Of a DNA stretch of 64,000 nucleotides, positions 51,335-63,026 are shown piece by piece. How positions within the stretch are numbered: the stretch's first letter is position 1; every line of letters starts with the position of its first letter. The DNA is taken from the NCBI GenBank assembly GCA_028826165.1, contig JAPDFW010000079.1, positions 186,001 to 250,000 on the forward strand, in the 5' to 3' direction. The notes below the pieces were generated by a model. The model did not search any database. It worked only from the letters and a program-made list of their open reading frames with translations, and was not told where the DNA came from. Both the position numbers and the translations under genes were made by a program. Source of the stretch: Anaeramoeba ignava BMAN (taxonomy: Eukaryota > Protista > Anaeramoebae).

Positions 51335-54300
51335 ATGTCAGAAAATCCAAATAAAAAAATTAAAAATAAAAAATCAAAATCAAAAAAACAAAAATCAAAA
51401 GAAGATAAATCAAAAGAAGAGAAGAAATCATTTCTTGAAAAAATTCATGAAAAACCTCCAATTAATCCACAACCAAAAGAGGAAGAAATTCAACAAGAAA
51501 CAAGAACATTTCAAGAAGAACAATCTTCAGATTTTAACGAATTTATTTCTGATATTGAAGAACCTGAATTAAAGCAAATTGATGAAGGAAGTGATAGTGT
51601 TGATGATTTATTTGGTGAAAATCAAGATGAAGATTATGAATCAAATGATGAACTCGATCATTATGATTTAAATGAAGTTGATGATACTGAATATCCTAAT
51701 TTACCAATTTACCAAAGACATCAAATTGAGATGGATTTAGAAAATAAAGAAGAAAAACCAAAATCCAAAAAATCCAAAAAATCAAAATCACAATCACAAT
51801 CAAATTCAAATTCAAATTCAAATTCAAAATCAAAATCAAAATCACAATCAAATTCAAATTCAAAATCAAAATCAAAATCAAAATTAAAATTAAAATTACA
51901 AAAAGAAATCAAAAAACCAAATTCTATACTTAATTTAGGATTTATCCAATCAACAGAAACAGAATTACCTTCTCGTAAACAATGAAAAATATATTTATGA
52001 ATTAAATATTATTTATAAATTAAATATTATTTATAAATTAAATATTATTTTTGAATTAAATATTATATATAAATTAAATATTATTTTTGAATTAAATATT
52101 ATTTTTGAATTAAATATTATTTTTGAATTAAATATTATTTATAAATTAAATATTATTTTTAAATTAAATATTATTTATAAATTAAATATTATTTATAAAT
52201 TAAATATTATTTATAAATTAAATATTATTTATAAATTAAATATTATTTATGAATTAAATATTATATATAAATTAAATATTATATATAAATTAAATATTAT
52301 TTTTGAATTAAATATTATTTTTAAATTAAATATTATATATAAATTAAATATTATTTATAAATTAAATATTATATATAAATTAAATATTATTTATAAATTA
52401 AATATTATTTCTAAATTAAATATTATATATAAATTAAATATTATTTATAAATTAAATATTATTTTTAAATTAAATATTATATATAAATTAAATATTATAT
52501 ATAAATTAAATATTATTTATAAATTAAATATTATTTTTAAATTAAATATTATTTATAAATTAAATATTATATATAAATTAAATATTATTTTTGAATTAAA
52601 TATTATTTTTGAATTAAATATTATTTATAAATTAAATATTATTTATAAATTAAATATTATATATAAATTAAATATTATATATAAATTAAATATTATTTAT
52701 AAATTAAATATTATTTTTAAATTAAATATTATTTATAAATTAAATATTATTTATAAATTAAATATTATATATAAATTAAATATTATTTCCAAATTAAATA
52801 TTATATATAAATTAAATATTATTTATGAATTAAATATTATTTCTAAATTAAATATTATTTTTGAATTAAATATTATTTTTGAATTAAATATTATTTATAA
52901 ATTAAATATTATTTATAAATTAAATATTATATATAAATTAAATATTATATATAAATTAAATATTATATATAAATTAAATATTATATATAAATTAAATATT
53001 ATATATAAATTAAATATTATTTTTAAATTAAATATTATATATAAATTAAATATTATTTATAAATTAAATATTATTTCTAAATTAAATATTATTTATAAAT
53101 TAAATATTATATATAAATTAAATATTATTTATAAATTAAATATTATTTATAAATTAAATATTATTATAAATTAAATATTATTTATAAATTAAATATTATT
53201 TATAAATTAAATATTATTTATAAATTAAATATTATATATAAATTAAATATTATTTATAAATTAAATATTATTTATAAATTAAATATTATATATAAATTAA
53301 ATATTATTTATAAATTAAATATTATTTATAAATTAAATATTATATATAAATTAAATATTATATATAAATTAAATATTATTTATAAATTAAATATTATATA
53401 TATAAATTAAATATTATATATAAATTAAATATTATTTATAAATTAAATATTATATATAAATTAAATATTATATATAAATTAAATATTATATATAAATTAA
53501 ATATTATTTATAAATTAAATATTATTTATAAATTAAATATTATATATAAATTAAATATTATTTATAAATTAAATATTATTTATAAATTAAATATTATATA
53601 TAAATTAAATATTATTTTTGAATTAAATATTATTTTTGAATTAAATATTATTTATAAATTAAATATTATTTATAAATTAAATATTATTTATAAATTAAAT
53701 ATTATTTATAAATTAAATATTATTTATGAATTAAATATTATATATAAATTAAATATTATTTATAAATTAAATATTATATATAAATTAAATATTATTTATA
53801 AATTAAATATTATATATAAATTAAATATTATTTATAAATTAAATATTATTTATAAATTAAATATTATTTATAAATTAAATATTATTATAAATTAAATATT
53901 ATTTTTGAATTAAATATTATTTTTGAATTAAATATTATTATAAATTTTGTTTGTAAATATAGTTGATGATTTAGATTTTGATGCAATAGATATTTCACTT
54001 TTAAGAAAATGGAGAACAAATCCAGAAATCAAAAGAGAAATCTCAAAAAGATTCCACAATTTCCTTGTTGGATTCAGTGATGAAAATGGAAAATTAACAT
54101 ATGTAGAAAAAATCAAAGTAGCAGGTTCACAAAATGAGGAAAGTTTAGTAATAAATTATTCAGATCTATCAATTAAAGAACCCAAATTAGCAATGTGGGT
54201 TGCAGATTCGCCAATGGAAATATTACCCATTTTTGATGAAGCAGCTTACAAAGTTTTTTTGGAAATGTTTGAATCTTATGAACAAATTCAACCTGAAGTT

Positions 54301-56413
54301 CATGTTCGAATTTCTGATTTCCCACTTCATGATTCTTTAAGAGATCTTAGACAACATCATTTGAATACTTTAATAAAAGTGACAGGTGTTGTTACAAGAA
54401 GAACAAATGTGTTTCCTCAATTAAAAAAAGTCAAATTTGTTTGTCCTCATTGCAATTCAACAATTGGTCCTTTTGTTCAAAATTCTTTATCAGAAATCAA
54501 AGTTTCTTCTTGTCCTGTTTGTTCAAAAAAAGGACCGTTTAGAATTTTGGAAGATGAAACAATTTATCGCAATTTCCAAAAAATTTCTCTTCAAGAAAGT
54601 CCTGGAACTGTTAGTGCTGGAAGATTACCTCGAACTAAAGAAGTGATATTATTGAATGATTTAATTGATTCAGCAAAACCAGGAGAAGAAATTGTAATAA
54701 TTTTTTATTTTAATTTTAATTCAAATTTTTTATTTTAATTTAAATATTTTAATTTGAATATTTTAATTTGAATATTTTAATTTAAATATTTTAATTTGAA
54801 TATTTTAATTTGAATATTTTAATTTAAATATTTTAATTTGAATATTTTAATTGTATTTAGGAAGTTACTGGTGTTTATCGTCACTCTTTCCAAACTTCTC
54901 TAAATTCCCAAAATGGTTTCCCTGTTTTTGCTACTGTTATAGAAGCAAACTTCATTGTTAATAAAGAAGATTCATTCGAATCTTTCAATCTTTCTCATGA
55001 AGATATTAATGAAATTAAAAAATTATCAAAAGATCCAAAAATTAGAGAAAGAGTAAAAAATATAAATTAAATTAATATAAATTAAATTAAAATTAAAATT
55101 AAAATAATTTAAATTAAATAAAAAAGATTATCAGTTCAATCGCTCCTTCAATTTATGGATTAAAACACATGAAAACAGCCATTGCAATGGCACTTTTTGG
55201 AGGAGAACCAAAATTAATCGGAAACAAACATAGAATTCGAGGAGATCTTAATGTTCTTCTTCTTGGAGATCCAAGTATGAGCAAAAGTCAAATCCTGAAA
55301 TATGTTGAAAAAACAGCACATAGAGCAGTATTCACATCAGGAAAAGGAGCCTCTGGAGTGGGGCTAACATATTCAGTCAGGCGAGACTCGACAACAGGCG
55401 AATGGACACTTGAAGGTGGAGCTTTTGTTCTTGCAGATCAAGGGTTTTGTCTGATTGATGAATTTGACAAAATGAATGATCACGACCGCACAAGTATCCA
55501 TGAGACAATGGAACAACAAAGTATCTCAGTTTCCAAAGCAGGAATTGTGACTACTTTAAGAGCAAGATGCTCTGTGGTTGCTGCAGCAAATCCAATCCGA
55601 GGAAAATATGATCCATCTTTAACATTTTCTCAAAACGTCGATCTAAGTGATCCAATTCTATCTAGATTCGATATCTTATGTGTAGTGCGAGACACAGTGG
55701 ATCCGATTTATGATGAGAAACTTGCTAAATTTGTTGTTGAAAGTCATGTCAAAAGTCATCCTAATTCACGAGCAATGGAACAATATGAAAAGGAGAACGC
55801 AAATGAAGCTCAATTTGATGAAGGCGGAATTGAATTGATTCCGCAAAGTTTATTAAAAAAATACATACTTTACGCAAAGAAAAATATTCATCCTCAATTG
55901 ACTAACATTGATGAAGACAAGATCAAAAAATTATATTCAGATCTTCGAAGTGAATCAGCTGTCACTGGTTCAATTCCAATCACAGTCAGATATATTGAGT
56001 CATTGATTCGAATGGCAGAATCAGTTGCCAAAATGCATTTGAGAGATTATGTCAGAGAAGATGATTTGAATTTCGCAATTAAAATCATGCTTGAAAGTTT
56101 TATTTCAACTCAAAAATTTTCTGTAATGAAAACACTTAGAAACAGAATGAACAAATATTTAATGTATAAACAAGACTCAAATGAACTGCTCTTTTATTTG
56201 CTCCAAAGTCTTGTTAAAGAAAAGATTGATTATCTTAAACTTCGTCATCAAATTGATGCTCCTGAAGTTGTTGAAGTTGATCAAGAAGAATTTGAAATGA
56301 AAGCAAAAAATATGAATTTGATTCATTTTTCTAGTTTTTATTCTTCTTCTTATTTTGTTGCTAATCATTTTACTTTGGATAAGAAAAATGGAATTATTTC
56401 AAAGAAATTTTAA
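51335..56413 (+). CDS. MCM2: DNA replication licensing factor MCM2; exons 51335-51974, 53963-54693, 54861-55052, 55127-56413
   Basis: Histone-binding-like segment DDLFGE...DY...ELDHYD, C4 zinc finger, LQESPGTVSAGRLPR, Walker A GDPSMSKS, IDEFDKM, SRFD, PITVRYIESLIRMAE and ESFISTQKFSV. Introns are phase-consistent. Confidence 0.96.
51993..53945. repeat. 18-bp satellite (AAATTAAATATTATTTAT)n filling MCM2 intron 1 (51975-53962, 1988 nt)
   Basis: About 108 units, varying mainly in the last few bases of the unit. Confidence 0.95.
54735..54852. repeat. 14-bp minisatellite (AATATTTTAATTT[G/A])n in MCM2 intron 2
   Basis: About 8 units directly visible. Confidence 0.85.
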
Positions 56414-56509
56414 TGAGAACTTTTTTTTTTTTTAAAAGAAAAAAAAGAAAAAAAAGAAAAATTCAAAAGAAAAAAAAAATTTTTTTTGTTTTTGGGATTT
56501 TTAAGAAAT

Positions 56510-59500
56510 TTAAAGTTTGTTTTCATTATCAATTCCGTTATCATTTTCATTATCATTTTCTTTTACATCATAAGAAATTTTAGAATATTTTGAATCATCA
56601 TCATCATTTTTATATTGAGAAGGTTGATGAGAACGAGCAATAATTCCTCCAATTCCATCATCTTTTAATAAATCTGGAAAGAAAATATAACCACAAATAA
56701 CAGCAATAAAAGCCAAAACAAACACCAATAATTCCACTAAAATCAAATCAAATTTTAATTTTAATTTTAATTTTAATTTTAATTTTAAATTTAATTACAT
56801 AATCATTAAAAATTGATAATTTTGACCAGAAGCAACAGCTAATTTATTTTTTTAAATTAAAACAAAAAAAGGATTAATTTGAACAAAAATTTTAATTTAA
56901 TCAAATTTTTTATACCAAAACTTGAAGCATAAACAACTAATAATCCTCTACCAACAAAAGATTTTAAAAAACCATATTGAAGAAAGAAATATGGGAATTT
57001 TGTAAGAAGTGAAGCAGCAATTGCAGTTAATCCAAAAACACTTTTTTTAATCATTAATTTTATATTTAAATTTATATTTAATTTTATAAATAATTTTATA
57101 AATAATTTTATAAATAATTTTATAAATAATTTTATAAATAATTTTATAAATAATTTTATAAATAATTTTATAAATAATTTTATAATTAATTTTATATTTA
57201 ATTTTATAAATAATTTTATAATTAATTTTATATTTAATTTTATAATTAATTTTATAATTAATTTTATAAATAATTTTATAAATAATTTTATAATTAATTT
57301 TATATTTAATTTTATAATTAATTTTATAATTAATTTTATAATTAATTTTATATTTAATTTTATAAATAATTTTATATTTAATTTTATATTTAATTTTATA
57401 AATAATTTTATAATTAATTTTATAATTAATTTTTATATTTAATTTTATAAATAATTTTATAATTAATTTTATAAATAATTTTATATATAATTTTATAAAT
57501 AATTTTATAATTAATTTTATAAATAATTTTTATAAATAATTTTATAAATAATTTTATAAATAATTTTATAAATAATTTTATAAATAATTTTATATTTAAT
57601 TTTATATATAATTTTATAAATAATTTTATAAATAATTTTATAATTAATTTTATAATTAATTTTATAATTAATTTTATAAATAATTTTATATTTAATTTTA
57701 TATTTAATTTTATAAATAATTTTATAAATAATTTTTATAATTAATTTTATAATTAATTTTATATTTAATTTTATATATAATTTTTTATAATAAATTTTAT
57801 ATATAATTTTTATTTACTTAATTTTATAAATAATTTTTATAATTAATTTTGTAAATAATTTTGTAAATAATTTTATAAATAATTTTATAAATAATTTTAT
57901 AAATAATTTTTTATATAATTTTATATATAATTTTTATATTTAATTTTTATATATAATTTTATAAATAATTTTATAAATAATTTTATATTTAATTTTATAA
58001 ATAATTTTATAAATAACTTTTATAAATAAATTTTATAAATAATTTTATAAATAATTTTATATTTAATTTTATATTTAATTTTATATTTAATTTTATATTT
58101 AATTTTATATTTAATTTTATATTTAATTTTATAATTAATTTTATAATATATTTTATAATTAATTTTATAAATAATTTAATATTTAATTTTATAAATAAAA
58201 TATTTTAATAAATATTTTTATAATTAATTTTATAAATAATTTTATATTTAATTTTATAATTAATTTTATAATTAATTTTATTAATAATTTTATAAATAAT
58301 TTTATAAATAATTTTATAAATAATTTTATATATAATTTTATAAATAATTTTTATAAATAATTTTATTAATAATTTTATAAAATAATTTTATAAATAATTT
58401 TATATATAATTTTATAAATAATTTTATATATTTTTTTATATAAATTTTATATAATTTTATAAATAATTTTATAAATAATTTTTTATAAATAATTTTATAA
58501 ATAATTTTATATTTAATTTTATAATTAATTTTTATATTTAATTTTATATTTAATTTTATATTTAATTTTATATTTAATTTAATAAATAATTTTATAAATA
58601 ATTTTTATAAATAATTTTATAAATAATTTTATAAATAATTTTATAATTAATTTTATAAATAATTTTATATTTAATTTTATAAATAATTTTATAATTAATT
58701 TTATAAATAATTTTATAAATAATTTTATATATAATTTTATAATTAATTTTATAAAATAATTTAATATTTAATTTTATAAATAATTTTATAAATAATTTTA
58801 TATTTAATTTTAGTAATAATTTTATAAATAATTTTATAAATAATTTTATAAATAATTTTATAAATAATTTTATAAATAATTTTAATAAATAATTTTATAA
58901 ATAATTTTATATATAATTTTATAAATAATTTTATAAATAATTTTATAAATAATTTTATATTTAATTTTTATATATAATTTTATATTTAATTTTATATATA
59001 ATTTTATAAATAATTTTATAAATAATTTAATAAATAATTTTATATATAATTTTTATAAAATAATTTTATATTTAATTTTATAAATAATTTTATATATAAT
59101 TTTATAAATAATTTTATAAATAATTTTATAAATAAATTATAAATAATTTTATAAATAATTTTATAAATAATTTTATATTTAATTTTATATTTAATTTTAT
59201 ATATAATTTTATAAATAATTTTATAAATAATTTAATAAATAATTTTATATATAATTTTATAAATAATTTTATATTTAATTTTATAAATAATTTTATAAAT
59301 AATTTTATAAATAATTTTATAATTAATTTTATAAATAATTTTATAATTAATTTTATATATAATTTTATAATAATAAAATGTACGTTGCAAAAAAAGCTAA
59401 AAAAAATTGATCTAGAGTTATTTGTCCATTTGATTCATTAAACATAATTGCTATAGAAGAAACAACGAGTGTAACTAAAATTGCAATAAGAGAGATATTT

Positions 59501-59538
59501 AAGATAATTCGAATTAAAAAATTTTTATCAGTTGGCAT
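56510..59538 (-). CDS. TVP15/COPI-associated Golgi membrane protein; exons 59538-59384, 57040-56916, 56838-56799, 56736-56510 (probable 1-nt error in the last exon)
   Basis: Spliced product MPTDKNFLIRIILNISLIAILVTLVVSSIAIMF...FFLAFFAT|VFGLTAIAASLL...YGFLKSFVGRGLLVVYASSF: several TM helices plus the 'FL.S..GRG' family motif. Confidence 0.75.
57055..59370. repeat. The same 12-bp satellite (TAATTTTATAAA)n filling intron 1 of the TVP15-like gene (59383-57041, 2343 nt)
   Basis: Same unit and the same variants (TAATTTTATATT, TAATTTTATAAT, TAATTTTGTAAA) as in the Rab intron. Confidence 0.95.
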
Positions 59539-59683
59539 TTAATTTAATTCAATTTAATGATTTTAATTTTTATTTTATTTTTGAAAGGAAAAGTGAAAAA
59601 AATGAAAAATTATTTTTTGAATTTTTTTTTCATTTTTTTTTTGTTATTTTTATTGTTATTTTTAATTCGCTTTTATTCAGAAT

Positions 59684-62412
59684 ATGGTAATTAATTTTTC
59701 AATTAAAATTCAAATTAAATTAATTATTAAATAAATTTTAGAATATTAACGAATTTACAAGAGAAGGTTTTCTTAAAAAAAGAGGTAAACAATTTAAAAA
59801 TTAAAAAATTTAAATTGAAAATTAATAATTAAATTAATAAATAATAATAAAAGGTGGTTCTTATAAAAGTTGGAAAAAAAGATGGTGTTCTCTTCATGAA
59901 AATAAATTATTTTATTATGAAAAACAAGAACATTCAAATGTAAAAAAAAATTCATTTAAAAATTCAATCAAAATTCCATTTAAAAAAAATTCCAAAAAAA
60001 AAAAATTCATTTATAAAATTATATCAAATTTATTTAAAGATGAAAAATCATATTCCTAAAGGATTTATTTATCTTGAAGATTGTTCAATTTCTGTGAAAA
60101 GTTTAGAAAAAAATCAATTTGAAATTTGTGTTCGAGATAAAAAAAGAAAATATTTAATAGAAGCAAATTCTAATGATGAAATGATGGAATGGATTTTAGC
60201 AATATTTATTCATAGAGATCAATATTATTTCGCTCAAATGTAGAAAAATTTTTTCAATAATTTTTTCCACAATTTTTTATTTGAAATTTTTCCACAATTA
60301 TTTTTTTTATTTAAATAGAGGTGCAATGACTCCAACTAGAGATGAAAATTATCGAAGAAATTCTTTTAATTTACCTCAAATATTTAATGTTGGTAAATAT
60401 TTTCAATATAAAAATTAGAATCAAAATTAGAATCAAAATTAAAATTAAAATCCAAAAAGAAAATTCCAAATAAATTTAAATACAAAATTACCATCAAAAT
60501 CAAAATCAAAATCAAAATCAAAATTAAAATTAAAATCAAAATCAAAATTAAAATTAAAATTAAAAATCAAAATAAAAATCAAAATTAAAATTAAAATTAA
60601 AATTAAAATTAAAATTAAAATTAAAATTAAAATTAAAATCAAAATCAAAATTTAAATTAAAATTAAAATCAAAATCAAAATCAAAATCAAAATTAAAATC
60701 AAAATTAAAATCAAAATCAAAATTAAAATTAAAATCAAAATCAAAATTTAAATTAAAATTAAAATCAAAATCAAAATCAAAATCAAAATTAAAATCAAAA
60801 TCAAAATTAAAATTAAAATCAAAATCAAAATTAAAATCAAAATTAAAATATAAATTAAAATCAAAATCAAAATCAAAATCAAAATCAAAATCAAAACAAA
60901 ATTAAAATCAAAATGAAAATTAAAAAATTAAAGAACAATTTGTAACTTTTGAAGTGCAAAAAATTGAGAAAACAAAAAAGAAACCATTTCGATGTTTTGT
61001 AATAAGCAAAGAAGATGGAACAATTGGAATAGGAAAAGGAAATATGAAAAAAAGATCCAAAACAGTAACAAAAGCAATAACAAAAAGTGGAAATACATTT
61101 GGATCACTTCAAGATGCATTTCAATTTTATCAAAAATTTAATCCAGAAAATTTAATAAGATTTGAAAGAGCAGTTTCAGATAAAACCAAAATAAGATTAA
61201 TGTGGGATGTTAAAGGTCATTTTAATGACTATATTTTTACAAGTGGAGTTGCAAGAGAAAGATTTATAAATGAAATTACTCAAATTAAAGTTCAATGTTT
61301 GGGAAAAAAAGAACTTGCTCTTTTATATGAAAATATTAAAATTAAATTATTTATTGGAACTTGGAATATTGGAAGTGCTGCTCCTCCTGATGATTTAAGT
61401 GATTGGATTCCAAATAATCAAGATATAGATATTTTTGCAATTGCAACTCAAGTAATTAGAAAAATATTATTTTAATTTGAGAAATTTGGAAGAATTTTAA
61501 ATATTATTTAAATTTGAGAAATTTGGAAGAATTTTAAATGATATTCAAATTGAAAATTAAAATTAAAATTAAATTGAAAATTAAAATCAAAATTTAAATT
61601 AAAATCAAAATTAAAATCAAAATGAAAATTAAAATTAAAATTAAAATTAAAATTAAAATTAAAATTAAAATTAAAATTAAAATTAAAATTAAAATTAAAA
61701 TTAAAATTAAAATCAAAATTAAAATCAAAATATTTATCAAAATCAAAATCAAAATCAAAATCAAAATCAAAATTAAAATCAAAATATTTATCAAATTTAT
61801 AAGGAATGTGATTATAGTCCAAGACAAGGATATTCAAACACACAAGATGATTGGACAGTAACATTATCAATGCATCTAGGAACAAAATACACACTTATAG
61901 CAAAACAATCATTAATGGGAATTAAACTTCATGTTTTTATTAAAGAAATATACATAAAACATGTTCACTGTATACAAACAGAAACAAAAGCAACAGGTGT
62001 TGCTGGAGTAGTTGGAAATAAAGGAGCATGTGGTGTTGCATTCCAACTTCATGACTCTTCATTCTGTTTTGTTGGTTCACATCTTGCTGCACGTGAAGAA
62101 CGTATTGCAATTCGTGCTGAAAATTATAGAGATATTATTGGTGGATTGCATTTTGGAATACCTGGTGTTGATATTACAGAACAATTCCAATATTTATTTT
62201 GGTTTGGTGATTTGAATTATCGTTGTGAATATCCTTTTGATGTTGGTGTTGAATTGGGTATGAAAAAAGATTATCAAAAACTTTTGGAAAAAGACCAATT
62301 AAAAAGGGAAATGAGTCAAGGAAAAGTTTTCCAAGGTTTTTCAGAAGGAAAAATTGATTTTCCTCCTTCTTATCGTTATACAAGAGGAGAAGTTAATATT
62401 TTTAGTGATCAA
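59684..62412 (+). CDS. PH-domain inositol polyphosphate 5-phosphatase, 3' end outside the window; exons 59684-86 (ATG only), 59742-84, 59854-939, 60040-239, 60319-392, 60934-61451, 61804-62412
   Basis: PH motif REGFLKKRG|GSYKSWKKRW...LFYYE and 5-phosphatase motifs GTWNIG, ATQ|E, GNKGAC, FCFVGSHLAA, FWFGDLNYR and EGKIDFPPSYRY. The final P[AS]W.DR motif is not reached. Confidence 0.92.
60415..60930. repeat. (AAAATT/AAAATC)n hexamer tract in a 5-phosphatase intron (similar tract at ~61550-61790)
   Basis: Directly visible, between a GT donor at 60393 and an AG acceptor at 60933. Confidence 0.85.
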
Positions 62413-62431
62413 GTATATTTGAAAATACATT

Positions 62432-63026
62432 TAAATAATATAAATAATATAAATATTATAAATAATATAAATAATATAAATAATATAAATATTATAAATA
62501 ATATAAATATTATAAATAATATAAATATTATAAATAATATAAATATTATAAATAATATAAATATTATAAATAATATAAATATTATAAATAATATAAATAA
62601 TATAAATAATATAAATATTATAAATAATATAAATAATATAAATAATATAAATAATATAAATAATATAAATAATATAAATAATATAAATAATATAAATAAT
62701 ATAAAATAATATAAAATAATATAAATAATATAAATAATATAAATAATATAAATAATATTATAAATATAAATATTATAAATAATATAAATAATATAAAATA
62801 ATATAAATAATATAAATAATATAAATAATATAAATAATATAAATAATATAAATAATATAAATAATATAAATAATATAAATAATATAAATAATATAAATAA
62901 TATAAATAATATAAATATTATAAATAATATAAATATTATAAATAATATAAATAATATAAATAATATAAATATTATAAATAATATAAATAATATAAATATT
63001 ATAAATAATATAAATATTATAAATAT
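62432..63026. repeat. 9-bp A/T-only satellite (AATATAAAT)n in the 5-phosphatase intron starting at 62413
   Basis: Directly visible; ends abruptly at 63026. Confidence 0.9.

Noticed and set aside
55127-56413. Possible intein in MCM2
   Set aside because: The AAA+ domain is colinear with canonical MCM2 with no insertion.
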